From the NCBI RefSeq assembly GCF_000737315.1, contig NZ_JMCB01000030.1, forward strand, positions 14,558-78,557: a DNA stretch of 64,000 nt, in the 5' to 3' direction. Origin of the DNA: Hyalangium minutum. Lineage in GTDB: Bacteria > Myxococcota > Myxococcia > Myxococcales > Myxococcaceae. This document shows, piece by piece, positions 49,617-60,685 of the stretch. Positions within the stretch are counted from its first letter, which is position 1; the number at the start of each line of letters is the position of its first letter. Under the pieces are notes generated by a model. That model had not been told where the DNA came from. It ran no database searches and saw nothing but the letters and a program-made list of their open reading frames with translations. The position numbers were made by a program, and so were the translations under genes.

Positions 49617-50114
49617 GTGTCCTTGCAGATCGTGCGCGCCGCTCCCAGCGAGTACCCCATCCTCCGAAACCTCTACCCGCTCTACCTCCATGATCTCAGC
49701 GAGTTCGGGGGTAGCTACACGCTCGATGCCCAAGGCGTCTGGCAGCCGGACTACCTGAGCACGTGGCTGTCCGAGAGCGAGCAGGTGCATCCGCTCCTCT
49801 TCCGGCTCGACGGGATGCCCGTGGGCTTCGCCTTCGTCGCGCAGGCCCCCTTTCCTTATATGACGCAGGGCCGCGACTACCAGTTGAGCGAGTTCTTCAT
49901 CCTCCGCTCCAAGCGCCGCCAGGGCTTGGGACAGCAGGCAGCCCTCGGGGTCCTGAACCGCTTCCGAGGCGTGTGGGAAATGGCACAGCTCCGCGAGAAC
50001 CGCGCCGCCATCGCGTTCTGGAAACACGTCCTCACGGAGTACACCCACGGCCGGTTCCAGCAGACCTTGCTCAACGGAGAGCCCGCGCAGGTGTTCGACA
50101 ACCGGGGGCTGTGA
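49617..50114 (+). CDS. GNAT acetyltransferase
   Basis: LSEFFILRSKRRQGLG; GTG start after upstream TGA. Confidence 0.85.
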   Translation: MSLQIVRAAPSEYPILRNLYPLYLHDLSEFGGSYTLDAQGVWQPDYLSTWLSESEQVHPLLFRLDGMPVGFAFVAQAPFPYMTQGRDYQLSEFFILRSKRRQGLGQQAALGVLNRFRGVWEMAQLRENRAAIAFWKHVLTEYTHGRFQQTLLNGEPAQVFDNRGL

Positions 50115-50232
50115 GCACCGGACTGTCCGGTGCGCCACGGACACATTGCCCGGCCCTCCAGTGGTGGCCCGGAGTGCGAGTTCGCACGATGGGCCTTGGC
50201 TGGCTCCAGCGGGGCCTCCAGGGGGAGGCGGG

Positions 50233-51159
50233 ATGCTGAGGCAGTTGCTGCTGTCCGATGTCGACACCACCGGTCCTGCAGACAGTGAGGGCTGGGCGCT
50301 CCTGGCCCGAGAGTTTCCCACCGTGGCCGTGCAGCCGCTCGGCGCGGGGGTGGGCGCCCAGGTGCTCAGCCTGGACGCGCAGGCATGGCTCAGTCCGAGC
50401 TTCGATCCCTTCGCCTGGGATGCGCGCGTCTTCGCGGCGGCGGGCGAAGAACGGCTCGCGCTGCACCTGACGGGCGCTCAGGGCGAGCGGCTCGCGCAGG
50501 CGGGGCTGGAGATCCTCACGCGCTACCAAGGCCTGATTGGCCGGCGCAACCCGGCATCCTCGGGGGCAGTCTTCGGACAGATCCTCTCGCACCACCGCGC
50601 GCTCCATGACCTGAACAAGCCCCTCATCCACGCGGACTACCGGCATGCGCTGGACACCTGGCAGTGGGTGCTGAGGCTGGAGCCCGAGGCCAGCCTGGAG
50701 GTGCAGGTGGCGGCGCTCTTCCATGACGTGGAGCGGCTGCTCTCGGAGGGGGACTTCCGCATCGAGCACAAGGTGGAGGACTACCAGCTCTTCAAGGACG
50801 CGCATGCGGCGCTGGGCGCGGAGCTCACCTGCTCGCTGCTGGAGGAGCTGGACATGGACTCGACCACCTGTGAGCGGGTGCGCTGGCTCATCACCCGTCA
50901 CGAGCGGACGGGAGATGACTCCGCACTGGCGCTGCTCAACGATGCGGATGCGCTGTCGTTCTTCTCGATCAACTCTTCGGGCTTCATCCGCTACTTCTCC
51001 CCCGAGCACTCCCGGAAGAAGGTGGCCTACACGCTCGCGCGGCTCCGGCCCCAGCACCACGCCCAGCTGAAGCGCATGCGCCTGGCTCCGGCCGTGCGCG
51101 GAATGGTGGAGGCCCTCCTCCCCTTCTCTGGGCTGGCGGCCCAGGAAGGGGTGGCATGA
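50233..51159 (+). CDS. HD-domain protein (DUF4202-like)
   Basis: DYRHALDTW, AALFHDVER, HAALGA, NDADALSFF. Confidence 0.75.
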   Translation: MLRQLLLSDVDTTGPADSEGWALLAREFPTVAVQPLGAGVGAQVLSLDAQAWLSPSFDPFAWDARVFAAAGEERLALHLTGAQGERLAQAGLEILTRYQGLIGRRNPASSGAVFGQILSHHRALHDLNKPLIHADYRHALDTWQWVLRLEPEASLEVQVAALFHDVERLLSEGDFRIEHKVEDYQLFKDAHAALGAELTCSLLEELDMDSTTCERVRWLITRHERTGDDSALALLNDADALSFFSINSSGFIRYFSPEHSRKKVAYTLARLRPQHHAQLKRMRLAPAVRGMVEALLPFSGLAAQEGVA

Positions 51160-51198
51160 GGCCCATCATTCAGCTCGGGGGGGAGCGAATCGCTCCGG

Positions 51199-51975
51199 TC
51201 ACTTCGGCTTCACGAACTTCAGAGCGAAGCGGTCGCTCGTGCCTCGGCGCTCGCCCGCCGTGCCGGGGCTGGAGTTCCAGTCACGCGGGTCCTGCGGGTT
51301 GCGCCACACGTCGCTCTCGGCCGCCAGCTGGAAGCCTGCGGCGAGCACCTCGTCACGGACCACCAGCTCGTCGATGCGGTGCAGCGTCTGGACGTCGTTC
51401 ACACCCGTGCCCGGCTTCGCGCTCGAATCGATGACCACGTAGACGCCGCCCGGCTTGAGCGCCTTGAACACCGCCGCGTTCATCTTCGCGCGGTCCGCCT
51501 TCAGCCACACGGAGTCGTGGTAGATGATGTTGCTCACCACCGCGTCCAGGTCTGTCACCTCGGGCGGAAACGGATCGTCCAGCTCGCGATCCAGCCGCAC
51601 CACCTTGGCGTTCACCGGACGCGCGAGCCGATCGGTCCAGCGCTTCTCGGCGAAGCGCTCGCGGACGAGCTGCGGGTTCTCGCCGTAGACGACGCCCGTG
51701 GGCCCCACCGCGCGGGCGAGCAGCTCGATGGTGTACCCGGCACCGGCCATCAGCTCGGCCACCTTCATGCCGGGGGCCACCCCTACGAACTCGAGCAGCG
51801 CCGCGGGGTGGCGCCCCTCATCGAGGGCCCGGTCCTCTTCGGTCCGGTCCGGCGCCTGGACGATCGCCATCGCGGCGGCGGCCGTGAGTGGAGGGGCAGC
51901 AGCGGGAGACTCGGACTGGGTCGAGTGAGCACATCCAGCGAGCGACAGACAAGCAACGAAGAGAAGAGAGCGCAT
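51199..51975 (-). CDS. Lipoprotein, class I SAM-dependent methyltransferase fold
   Basis: SLAGC lipobox; VAELMAGAGY; ALKPGGVYVVID. Confidence 0.85.
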   Translation of the reverse strand: MRSLLFVACLSLAGCAHSTQSESPAAAPPLTAAAAMAIVQAPDRTEEDRALDEGRHPAALLEFVGVAPGMKVAELMAGAGYTIELLARAVGPTGVVYGENPQLVRERFAEKRWTDRLARPVNAKVVRLDRELDDPFPPEVTDLDAVVSNIIYHDSVWLKADRAKMNAAVFKALKPGGVYVVIDSSAKPGTGVNDVQTLHRIDELVVRDEVLAAGFQLAAESDVWRNPQDPRDWNSSPGTAGERRGTSDRFALKFVKPK

Positions 51976-52039
51976 GCCGCCTTCATAACCGCCTGCCCCA
52001 GGAAGCTCTACAGGCGCGAAGGGAGCGCCTGGGAAACCG

Positions 52040-53416
52040 TCACCTACGCTTCACCTTCTTGCCCGGGTTCGTCGCGTCGGCCGTGAGGCTGAGCACCGTA
52101 TAGAGGTTCATCATGTACGCGCTATTGTCCGGGTCGAGGTCCGCTGCCTTCTGGAAGAGCGCCGAGGCCCGCGCGTAGTCCTTGCGCTGGTTCAGCAGGA
52201 TCATCCCCAGCCGGTTGTAGAGCGGCGCAGGCTGCGGGAGCTTGGAGATGCCCTGATCGAGCATCGCGATGGCCTCCTCGATCTTCCCGCTGCGCTCCAG
52301 CTGCACGGCCCTCTGGATGACGCCATCCGCGGCATTGTCCGTGACGGGCGCGGGGGCAGGCGTGGCCACGGGCGGTTGCGGAGGCGCGCTCTTGGCTGAA
52401 GCCGGAGCTTGGGCCGAAGCCGGAGCTTCAGCCGGAGCCGAAGTGCTGACCGCCTTGGCTGCGGGCTTCGCATTCTTCACCTCCGGAGCACGCCTGGGGG
52501 CACGGGCTGGCTTCTCGGGAGGAGTCGTGAGCTGGGTGATCTCCCGCTCGCACAAGGACTCGAAGATGGCGTGCAGTTCCACATCAGCCAGGCTGGTAAC
52601 CTTCGCGATGTCCGAGACCGGCGTCCTGCCATCCACGAAGGAGAGCACGTAGGCCTCGAACGGGTGGAGCGGCTTCTCCACGATGGACAGCAGGCCTCCG
52701 GTGATGATCGGCACCAGCTTGGACCGCTCGGGATCGTGCGCGTACCCGGAGGCCCGCGTCTTGTCCATGAGCGGATGAACCGGCCTCTCGGTGGTGACCT
52801 TCTTGTCGGGTGGGGCGATGAGCGCTCGCACCAGGGACACATTGTCCCGCTTCTGCAGCTCGTCCGGGCTGCGGACGAGGAGCAGCTCGCAGCGCTCGCA
52901 CTGGAAGTCATCCTTCGAGACGGGCGCCCCACAGTGCGGGCAGGACTCGTCGTCCGGCATGTGCTCGAAGGCCTGGGCGTCCGCGTAGTAGTGCTTGCGG
53001 ATCGCCGCGCGGATGGACCGCCGCACCGCCACGAAGGGCAGCACCTGCTTCACGCCCGCCGTGCGGGCAATCTCCTCGATGGCGCGCTGCCGCTGCGGCT
53101 CGGCGATGGCGACGTACAGCACCCCGGCCTCGTCCATCCGCAGCGGGACGAAGTCGAACCCCTCCGCCAGCCGGACCGGAATCTTCTCGAGGAGCGAGGG
53201 CTCGATCTTCGCCTGGGAGAGCTTCGCGGTGGACACGAAGCGCGTCTTGAACTCCTGGGCGAGCACGCGGAGTACGGGGGTCTCATCCAACCCCAGGCGC
53301 ACCAGGCACTCCCCCAGCTTCTGCCCCGTGGCCTTCTGACGCTCGAGCGCCCGCGCCAGCATGTCCGGCTTCAGGACGCCTTCCGAAACCAGTTGTTCTC
53401 CCAGTTTGCGAGCCAT
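52040..53416 (-). CDS. GspE/MshEN N-terminal domain protein with Zn ribbon, HTH-like region and C-terminal TPR
   Basis: RKLGEQLVSEGVL...LERQ, KLGECLVRLG; CPHCG...CERC; LYNRLGMIL. Confidence 0.8.
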   Translation of the reverse strand: MARKLGEQLVSEGVLKPDMLARALERQKATGQKLGECLVRLGLDETPVLRVLAQEFKTRFVSTAKLSQAKIEPSLLEKIPVRLAEGFDFVPLRMDEAGVLYVAIAEPQRQRAIEEIARTAGVKQVLPFVAVRRSIRAAIRKHYYADAQAFEHMPDDESCPHCGAPVSKDDFQCERCELLLVRSPDELQKRDNVSLVRALIAPPDKKVTTERPVHPLMDKTRASGYAHDPERSKLVPIITGGLLSIVEKPLHPFEAYVLSFVDGRTPVSDIAKVTSLADVELHAIFESLCEREITQLTTPPEKPARAPRRAPEVKNAKPAAKAVSTSAPAEAPASAQAPASAKSAPPQPPVATPAPAPVTDNAADGVIQRAVQLERSGKIEEAIAMLDQGISKLPQPAPLYNRLGMILLNQRKDYARASALFQKAADLDPDNSAYMMNLYTVLSLTADATNPGKKVKRR

Positions 53417-53609
53417 GCCCGGATTCAAGGCCAGCGGAGAGGCTGTCGTCTACGGCCTCGGCAGCCTTTCCGCCGGTGTGCCCCCGGGGCCCTACAGGCC
53501 GTGAGAGGCGGACGTGTGGGGAAGAGGCGCGTCGATGGGTGGACCGAGAAGCTGTACCCGAGTCCCAAGCCGCTTCTCACGCTGCGGATCGCGCTTGAGA
53601 TTGGTGTGC

Positions 53610-54617
53610 ATGAATGACTTCCATGGCAAGCGAATCGTGGTCCTGGGCGGCGCGGGATTCCTCGGCTCGCACCTGTGCGAGCGGTTGCTGCGCGAGGGCA
53701 CGGACGAAGTCATCAGCCTGGACAACTTCGTCACTGGCAACCCGCGCAACCTGGCGGGGCTGACGGCGCTGGGGGGCTTCCTGTCCGTGGAGCATGACGT
53801 CACCGAGCCGCTGCGCATCGCAGGTCCGGTGCACTACGTCTTCAACCTGGCCTCCCCGTCCTCGCCCATCGACTGCGCCCAGCTGCCCATCGAGACGCTG
53901 CGCGCGGGCTCGCTGGGCACCGAGAACGGCCTGCGGCTGGCGCGCGAGAAGGGCGCGGTGTTCCTTCAGGCCTCCGCCTCGGAGCTTTACGGGGATCCGC
54001 TCGTGCATTCCCAGCAGGAGGACTCCTGGGGCAACGTGAACCCGATCGGGCCGCGCTGCTGCTACGACGAGGCCAAGCGCTACGGCGAGGCGCTCGTCAT
54101 GGCCTACCACCGCGGCCACGGCCTGCGCACGCGCATCGCGCGCATCTTCAATACGTACGGGCCGAGGATGCGCCTGGATGAAGACCGCGTGGTGCCCGCC
54201 TTCGTGGGCCAAGCGCTCCGAGGCGAGGACTTCACGGTGTTCGGCGACGGCTCGCAGACGCGCTCGTTCTGCTACGTGCGGGATGTCATCGACGGGCTGG
54301 TGCGGCTGGCCCTGTGCAACGTCACCGAGCCGGTGAACATCGGCAACCCTCGGGAGATGACCCTCCTCCAGCTCGCCGAGGCCGTCCGCGCCGCAGCGGG
54401 CGGAGCAGGGCGCATCCTCTTCCAGCCGCTGCTCAGGGAAGACCCCCAGCAGCGCCGCCCGGACATCACCCGGGCCCGAACGCTGCTGGGCTGGGAGCCG
54501 CGCACCTCGCTGGAGGAGGGGCTCGTGGAGACACTCGCGTGGTTCCGCCAGGAGCTGGGGCCTTCGAGCGGCGAGCTCAGGCCGCGTCGCGGTTGGGAGG
54601 CGGCGGGGCGGGGGTGA
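53610..54617 (+). CDS. UDP-glucuronate decarboxylase-like SDR
   Basis: [32 protein letters not shown]. Confidence 0.88.
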   Translation: MNDFHGKRIVVLGGAGFLGSHLCERLLREGTDEVISLDNFVTGNPRNLAGLTALGGFLSVEHDVTEPLRIAGPVHYVFNLASPSSPIDCAQLPIETLRAGSLGTENGLRLAREKGAVFLQASASELYGDPLVHSQQEDSWGNVNPIGPRCCYDEAKRYGEALVMAYHRGHGLRTRIARIFNTYGPRMRLDEDRVVPAFVGQALRGEDFTVFGDGSQTRSFCYVRDVIDGLVRLALCNVTEPVNIGNPREMTLLQLAEAVRAAAGGAGRILFQPLLREDPQQRRPDITRARTLLGWEPRTSLEEGLVETLAWFRQELGPSSGELRPRRGWEAAGRG

Positions 54618-56427
54618 TGCTGGAACCCGGAGCGGCCACCAGCGCCGTCAGCTCCTCCCCACTGAGCGTCTCCTTCTGCAGGAGCGTGTGCGCGGCCCGG
54701 CGCAGGACCTGCTCGCGCTTCCCGAGCAGCTCGCGCACCCGGGCATGCTGCCCCTTGAGGATGTTCCCGACCTCGTCGTCGATGCGCCGAGCGAGCCCCT
54801 CGCTGTAGTTGCCTCTCGTGCGCGAGGGCCCGGACTCCAGAAAGGCCGAGCCCCGGCCCTCATCGAACGTCGCCAGGCCCAGCACCTCGGTCATGCCGTA
54901 GGAGACCACCATGCTCCGGGCGATGTCCGTGGCCCTGAGCAAGTCATCGTGGGCTCCCGTGGAGACCTCCTGGAAGATGAGCTCCTCGGCCACGCGCCCT
55001 CCGAGCAGTGTGGCGATCTTGTCCTCCAGCTCCCGCCGCGTCATCAGGAAGCGGTCCTCGGTGGGCACCTGGAGGGTGTAGCCCAGCGCCGCAGTCCCTC
55101 GCGGGACGATGGACACCTTCTGCACCACCCCCACGCTGGACAGGGCCATGCCCACCAGCGCGTGACCCAGCTCGTGGTACGCCACACGCTCCCGCTCCTG
55201 CGCGCTGAGCACCCGGTGGCGCTTCTGAAGCCCGGCCACCGCGCGCTCCACCGCCTCCTCCAGATCCGCGCGCGTGACCGTGTTCTGGCCGTGCCGGGAT
55301 GCCCTCAGCGCCGCCTCGTTGATGACGTTGGCCAGGTCCGCCCCCACCATGCCCACCGTCATGCCCGCCAGCCGCTCCAGATCGCCAGCATCCTCCAGGG
55401 GCACCGAGCGCGCGTGCAGCTTCAAGATGTCCAGCCGCCCACTCCTGTCCGGCCGATCCACGAGGACCTGCCGGTCGAAGCGGCCCGCCCGCAACAGCGC
55501 TGGGTCCAGGATCTCCGGCCGGTTGGTGGCCGCCATGAGGATGACGCCGATGCGTGGGTCGAAGCCGTCCATCTCCACCAAGAGCTGGTTGAGCGTCTGC
55601 TCCCGCTCCTCATGGCCCATGGGCCCGGCGTTGCGCGCACGGCCCAGCGCGTCCAGCTCGTCGATGAAGATGATGCAGGGCGCCTGCGCCCGGGCTTGCT
55701 GGAACAAGTCCCTCACGCGCGCGGCGCCCACGCCCACGAACATCTCCACGAACTCCGAGCCGCTGAGGCTGAAGAAGGGCACCTTCGCCTCACCGGCCAC
55801 CGCACGCGCCAGCAGCGTCTTGCCCGTGCCCGGAGGCCCCACCAGGAGCACCCCCTTGGGGAGCTTCCCACCCAGGCGCCGGAACTGCTCTGGCGTTTGG
55901 AGGAAGGAGACGACCTCGGCCAGGTCCTCCTTCGCCTCGTCCACCCCGGCCACGTCCGCGAAGCCCACCGTGACGTCATGCTCCGCGTAGATCTTCGCTC
56001 GGCTGCGTCCCGCGGACAGGTAGCCCTCCGCTGCCCCGCCCACGCCACTGACGCGCGTCAGGAGCAGGTAGGCAATGCCGCCCACCATCAGCACGCTCAC
56101 AGCCAGCGTTGTCCACGGCAGCTCTGGCAACGCCCCCGAGACCTTCACCCCCTGGGCGCGCAGCTCTCTCAGCAGGTCGGGATCGTCCACGCGGAGCGCG
56201 GAGAAGCCACGGCCCGGGTCTTCGGGTCCGTCCTTGAAGCGGCCCTCCACATGCGAGGCGGAGATGCGCACGGAAGACACCCTTCCCTGCGCCACGGCTT
56301 CACGGAACTCCGAATAGGAAAACGTCGTTCCCTGCCGCCACCGTACCCACTGTTGCAAACCGATGAACGACACCAGGAGCAAGACAGGCAGGGCCCACCG
56401 CCACCACAGCGGCTTCTCTTTCTTCAT
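54577..56427 (-). CDS. ftsH: ATP-dependent zinc metalloprotease FtsH (paralog-like)
   Basis: [31 protein letters not shown]. Confidence 0.95.
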   Translation of the reverse strand: MKKEKPLWWRWALPVLLLVSFIGLQQWVRWRQGTTFSYSEFREAVAQGRVSSVRISASHVEGRFKDGPEDPGRGFSALRVDDPDLLRELRAQGVKVSGALPELPWTTLAVSVLMVGGIAYLLLTRVSGVGGAAEGYLSAGRSRAKIYAEHDVTVGFADVAGVDEAKEDLAEVVSFLQTPEQFRRLGGKLPKGVLLVGPPGTGKTLLARAVAGEAKVPFFSLSGSEFVEMFVGVGAARVRDLFQQARAQAPCIIFIDELDALGRARNAGPMGHEEREQTLNQLLVEMDGFDPRIGVILMAATNRPEILDPALLRAGRFDRQVLVDRPDRSGRLDILKLHARSVPLEDAGDLERLAGMTVGMVGADLANVINEAALRASRHGQNTVTRADLEEAVERAVAGLQKRHRVLSAQERERVAYHELGHALVGMALSSVGVVQKVSIVPRGTAALGYTLQVPTEDRFLMTRRELEDKIATLLGGRVAEELIFQEVSTGAHDDLLRATDIARSMVVSYGMTEVLGLATFDEGRGSAFLESGPSRTRGNYSEGLARRIDDEVGNILKGQHARVRELLGKREQVLRRAAHTLLQKETLSGEELTALVAAPGSSITPAPPPPNRDAA

Positions 56428-56692
56428 ACAATCATCCTTTAAGCTCAGCCCGGCCCCAATCCCCCCCCGCTGCGGCCCTGACCTCTTTTTGTTGATTCAG
56501 GTCTGCCTCACATCATGCACGGCTTATCTCTAATCCCAAACGGCGCAAGCACACTTCGTTCTCCGCCTGAAACTGCGCAAAGTTTGCGTGGGTCCCTCCC
56601 GGGAAGAGGTCGTGCTTGCCCCCTCGCCTGCTCCCCAGGTGCGCCGAGGGCCGCTGACGGGGTATCGTCCCATCAAAACCGGGGGTCTCTGC

Positions 56693-57529
56693 GTGTTCGA
56701 ACGAATCTCCAATAGCTGGAAACTCGCCAAGGCGAGTGCTGCGGTGTTGAGCGCTGATAAGGAATTGATGCTTTTCCCTGCCTTGTCGGCCGTGATGCTG
56801 GTGCTGGTCACCGTGGCCTTTGCCCTTCCCATCTTCTTGACGGAGAACGCGGCGGGGATGCTGGAAGGCGTGGGCTCTTACGTCGTCGCCTTCCTGTTCT
56901 ACCTGGTCTCCTACTTCGTCATCTTCTTCTGCAACTCGGCGCTGGTAGGCGCGGCGATGATCCGGCTGCGCGGCGGAGACCCCACGGTGGCGGACGGCTT
57001 CCGCATCGCCGGCAGCAAGGTGGGCACCATCTTCGGCTATGCGCTCATCGCGGCCACGGTGGGCATGGTGCTGCGCGCGCTGCAGGAGCGCGCGGGGTTC
57101 ATCGGGAAGATCATCATTGGCCTCATCGGCATGGCGTGGAACCTGGCCACCTTCCTCGTGGTGCCCGTGCTCGTGACGGAGGACGTCAGCCCGGTGGACG
57201 CGGTGAAGCGCAGCATGGCGCTGCTCAAGAAGACGTGGGGCGAGCAGGTGATTGGCGGCTTCTCGCTCGGTGCCATCACCGGCCTGGCCACGTTCCTGCT
57301 CATCCTCGTGTTCGTGCCGATGATCATCCTGGCCGTCTCCGCTGGCTCGCCGGTCCTCATCGGGCTGGTCATCGGCGGCTTCGTTCTCTCTCTGCTGCTG
57401 CTGTCGCTGGTGAACGCGACGCTGTCGGGCATCTACACCGCGGCGCTCTACCGCTACGCCGCCGAGGGCGACGTCAGCCAGGGCTTCGAGGCCGGCATGG
57501 TGGAGGGCGCGTTCCGCCCGAAGGACTGA
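56693..57529 (+). CDS. Conserved membrane protein (DUF6159-like)
   Basis: FERISNSWKL...DKELMLFP; several TM segments; LKKTWGE. Confidence 0.7.
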   Translation: MFERISNSWKLAKASAAVLSADKELMLFPALSAVMLVLVTVAFALPIFLTENAAGMLEGVGSYVVAFLFYLVSYFVIFFCNSALVGAAMIRLRGGDPTVADGFRIAGSKVGTIFGYALIAATVGMVLRALQERAGFIGKIIIGLIGMAWNLATFLVVPVLVTEDVSPVDAVKRSMALLKKTWGEQVIGGFSLGAITGLATFLLILVFVPMIILAVSAGSPVLIGLVIGGFVLSLLLLSLVNATLSGIYTAALYRYAAEGDVSQGFEAGMVEGAFRPKD

Positions 57530-57550
57530 GGCAAACGCACTGCGGCTGCA

Positions 57551-59758
57551 GTGAGACGTCCGCTGAAACGCGCGGCTTTCATCGTCCTGGGGCTCGTGCT
57601 TCTCGGCCTGGTGGTGGGGCTTTTCTGGAAGGAAGCGCCCTCTGCGCCCGAGTCCGAGGCCGCACGGGCATCCTCGCAGCCGGCCTCTCGTGAGGCGGCG
57701 CTCCCGGGCCGGGCTCCCGTGGCTTCCACACCTCCTGCTCCGGGAGACCTGAGCATCCGAGGCGTGGTGCGGGACGCGCAAGGCCCCGTGGCAGGCGCGG
57801 TGGTGCTGGCCACGGGAGTGGATCCTCGCGAGACGCTCTCAGAGCTGCCCGCGGAGCAGGGCGGGCTGCGCGGGCTGTCCCCGCCCCAAGTCGTCCAGTG
57901 GTACGCCCCGGCGTCCGCGCTGTTCATGCGGCATGTGGCCGCGCGTGAGGGGGATGTGCTCGTCCTGGCTCGGACGACGTCGGCCGCGGATGGCGCGTTC
58001 CTCTTGGAAGGGCTGGGGCCAGGGACCGTCACCCTCTGGGCGGACAGCCCTCGAGGCGCCGCGGTACTGCGCCAGGTACCCTCCGGCCAGCAGCATGCGG
58101 AGTTGGTGCTGGCTGCGGGGCACCACGCCGAGGGCCTGGTGGTGGGCCACGATGAGGGCCCTCTGCAGGGCGTGCTCGTCACCGCCATCCACCTCTCCCT
58201 GGGCCGCTTCTTCGACACCGTCACGGACGCGCAGGGGATGTTCCGCTTCGAGCCCCTGCCGCCCGGGGAGTACTTCCTCGTCTTCACGAAGCCGGGGTGG
58301 CTCTCCGAGTTCTTCTCGCTCCAGGAGCTCTACAAGTTCAATGCTCGAACGACCCTGGAGCGCCCGCGAAGAATCTCTGGACGCGTCCTCCAGGGCGGTG
58401 CCCCCGCCGCGAGCGCCCACGTTCAGCTCACCGACAACGGGCATCTCTGGGAGACCCAGACGGATGCGCAGGGCCGCTTCGCCTTCGACGAACTCCGCGA
58501 GAGCTCCTATGTGCTGCAGGCGGTGAAGGAGCCGGAGAGGGCCCTGCTGACCCTGGCCTTCCGCAAGGACCCGATGGAGAGCCTCACCTTGGAGCTCTCT
58601 CCTCCGGCGTTCCTCGAGGGAACCGTGAGTGACGAGGCCGGAGCCCCCGTGGAGGGCGCCGAGGTCGAGGCCCATGGCCCTTGGAGGAACTCCGCGGGAA
58701 AGGTGGCGACGGACGTGCGGGGGCACTACCGGCTAGGCCCCCTGGCCAAGGGCACCTATGGGGTGAGTGTCCAGGCGGACTCCTATCTGGACCACTACTC
58801 CAACAAGAACCTGCCGGAGGACGGCTCCTTGCTGGACTTCACGCTGAAGAAGATCGTCCCCGTGGAGGGAATCGCCGTAGATACCGAGGGCCGGCCCCTT
58901 CCCCACCTCCCGCTCCAGCTGTGGAGGCCGGGCGCGAGGGAGGGCTCCTACATGGTGGGACACCATCGCCGCCCGAACATGCCCGTGACCAGCGCGCGGA
59001 CGGATGAGCGCGGCGCCTTCAAGATCTCCGCTCCAACTCCGGGGCCGTATGAGCTCGCCACGGACAGCTCCGAGGTCCGGCTCACCTCCATGTCGGTTGT
59101 GGCGCCTGCCCAAGAGGTGCGCTTCGCCGTCAATCGCGGCCTGAGCCTGGCGGGCGTGTTGATGGACGAGGCCGGCAAGCCCGTTCAGGGCGCACAGCTC
59201 CTCTCCGTGGACGCGGCGCCTCCCTACCACGCGGGCGAGGTGGTGCTGACGGATGCAGAGGGCCGGTTCCTGCTGCCCGCGCTCTCCGAGGGCTCCTATC
59301 TCATCTATGCGTGGTACGAGGGCGACAGGACGCTGCGCGAGGTGTCCACCCGCGTGGAGCTGCGCCGGAGCCTGTCCTCACCGCTCCAGCTGCGCTTCGA
59401 GCCTGGGCACAGCTGGACGGGCTGGGTGGAGGACGACCAGGGCCGCCCGCTCGCGGGGGTCACCGTGACGCTCGACCGGGCGCAGGATCCGGCAGAGCCC
59501 GAGGTGGAGAACGCGCTCTTGGTGGCCGTGCCCGGCATCACCGTCCTCTCGGGACCGGACGGGCGCTTCACCTTTCACCACCTGACACGCGCGACCTACG
59601 GGTTCCGGTTCGAAAAGCCCGGCTACATGATCCGCCTCCCGCGGGATTCAACGGTGGTCTCCCAGAGCGACTTCAGCGACGCCCTCACCGTTCACGTGAG
59701 CGCCGGTGAGCTGCGCTTCGTCCTGGAAAGGGACGAGGACAAGGAGCCCGAGCCGTAG
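57551..59758 (+). CDS. Membrane-anchored protein with carboxypeptidase-regulatory-like repeats
   Basis: N-terminal TM; repeated TDAQGxFxF / G.V.DE.G.PV.GA units. Confidence 0.85.
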   Translation: MRRPLKRAAFIVLGLVLLGLVVGLFWKEAPSAPESEAARASSQPASREAALPGRAPVASTPPAPGDLSIRGVVRDAQGPVAGAVVLATGVDPRETLSELPAEQGGLRGLSPPQVVQWYAPASALFMRHVAAREGDVLVLARTTSAADGAFLLEGLGPGTVTLWADSPRGAAVLRQVPSGQQHAELVLAAGHHAEGLVVGHDEGPLQGVLVTAIHLSLGRFFDTVTDAQGMFRFEPLPPGEYFLVFTKPGWLSEFFSLQELYKFNARTTLERPRRISGRVLQGGAPAASAHVQLTDNGHLWETQTDAQGRFAFDELRESSYVLQAVKEPERALLTLAFRKDPMESLTLELSPPAFLEGTVSDEAGAPVEGAEVEAHGPWRNSAGKVATDVRGHYRLGPLAKGTYGVSVQADSYLDHYSNKNLPEDGSLLDFTLKKIVPVEGIAVDTEGRPLPHLPLQLWRPGAREGSYMVGHHRRPNMPVTSARTDERGAFKISAPTPGPYELATDSSEVRLTSMSVVAPAQEVRFAVNRGLSLAGVLMDEAGKPVQGAQLLSVDAAPPYHAGEVVLTDAEGRFLLPALSEGSYLIYAWYEGDRTLREVSTRVELRRSLSSPLQLRFEPGHSWTGWVEDDQGRPLAGVTVTLDRAQDPAEPEVENALLVAVPGITVLSGPDGRFTFHHLTRATYGFRFEKPGYMIRLPRDSTVVSQSDFSDALTVHVSAGELRFVLERDEDKEPEP

Positions 59759-59897
59759 TCCGGGAGTCTCTCATCCTCCTGGTTTTGCTCGGGTTTCCCT
59801 ATTTGTAGGGTCCTGGGGGTGAATGAATTCCAAGAGCCCGAGAAATTCGACGCAACTTCGGCGCGGCTGACACGAGAATCAGCGCAAGGAGATCTTC

Positions 59898-60551
59898 ATG
59901 TCCACCTACCGCATCAAGTCCGGCGACACCCTCTCGGCCATCGCCTCGCGCTACCACACCACCGTCGGCGCGCTGGCCAAGGCCAACAAGATTGCCAACC
60001 CGAACCTCATCTACGCGGGCAAGACCCTGCAGATCCCGGGTCACTCCGGTAAGTCCACCTTCGAGCCCGCCAAGGGCGGCGGCAAGAAGCCGGCCGGCGG
60101 CACGGGCGGCACGGGTGGCACCGGCGGCACGGGCGGGGCGCAGACGGTCAACGGCGTCAAGGTGACCCCTCAGATGCGCAAGCTGGCTGAGGCCGGCAAG
60201 GCGGCGGCGATGAGCATGGGCGGCTACAACAGCCAGGGCCTGTGCGCCACGGGCGTGAGCAAGGCCATCAAGAACTCCATGGGCATCAAGGTGTGGGGCA
60301 ACGGCAACCAGATCGACAACAACCTGCCCCGGGACAAGTTCAAGCAGGTGAACATGCCGCTGTCCGAGGCCCTGAAGATCCCGGGCATGGTGCTCACCTG
60401 GGAGAAGACCTCGACGCGCCTGGGCAGCATCTACGGCCACACCGCCATCACCACGGGTGACGGCCACTCGTCCGCGAGCGACTTCATCGAGCGCAACACG
60501 CTGGCGGGCAACGCGAGCCGCAGCGGCCTGAAGATCTTCATGCCGATCTAG
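59898..60551 (+). CDS. LysM domain + CHAP/NlpC-like Cys-His domain protein
   Basis: YRIKSGDTLSAIA...NLIYAGKTLQI; GLCATGV; IYGHTAI; AAGGAG RBS. Confidence 0.85.
   Translation: MSTYRIKSGDTLSAIASRYHTTVGALAKANKIANPNLIYAGKTLQIPGHSGKSTFEPAKGGGKKPAGGTGGTGGTGGTGGAQTVNGVKVTPQMRKLAEAGKAAAMSMGGYNSQGLCATGVSKAIKNSMGIKVWGNGNQIDNNLPRDKFKQVNMPLSEALKIPGMVLTWEKTSTRLGSIYGHTAITTGDGHSSASDFIERNTLAGNASRSGLKIFMPI
60096..60131 (+). repeat. Four 9-nt units encoding a (GGT)4 linker
   Basis: ggcggcacg ggcggcacg ggtggcacc ggcggcacg. Confidence 0.85.
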
Positions 60552-60685
60552 CGCACCCAAGCAGGCAGAGCACCGCCACCACCGACGCCTCCGGGGCTGT
60601 TGACCGGGGGCGTTGTCGTGTCCGCAGCCGACAGTGACACGCCCGGCCTATGGACGCGGGGAGGCCCAGGGCGTCTGCTGGAGGC

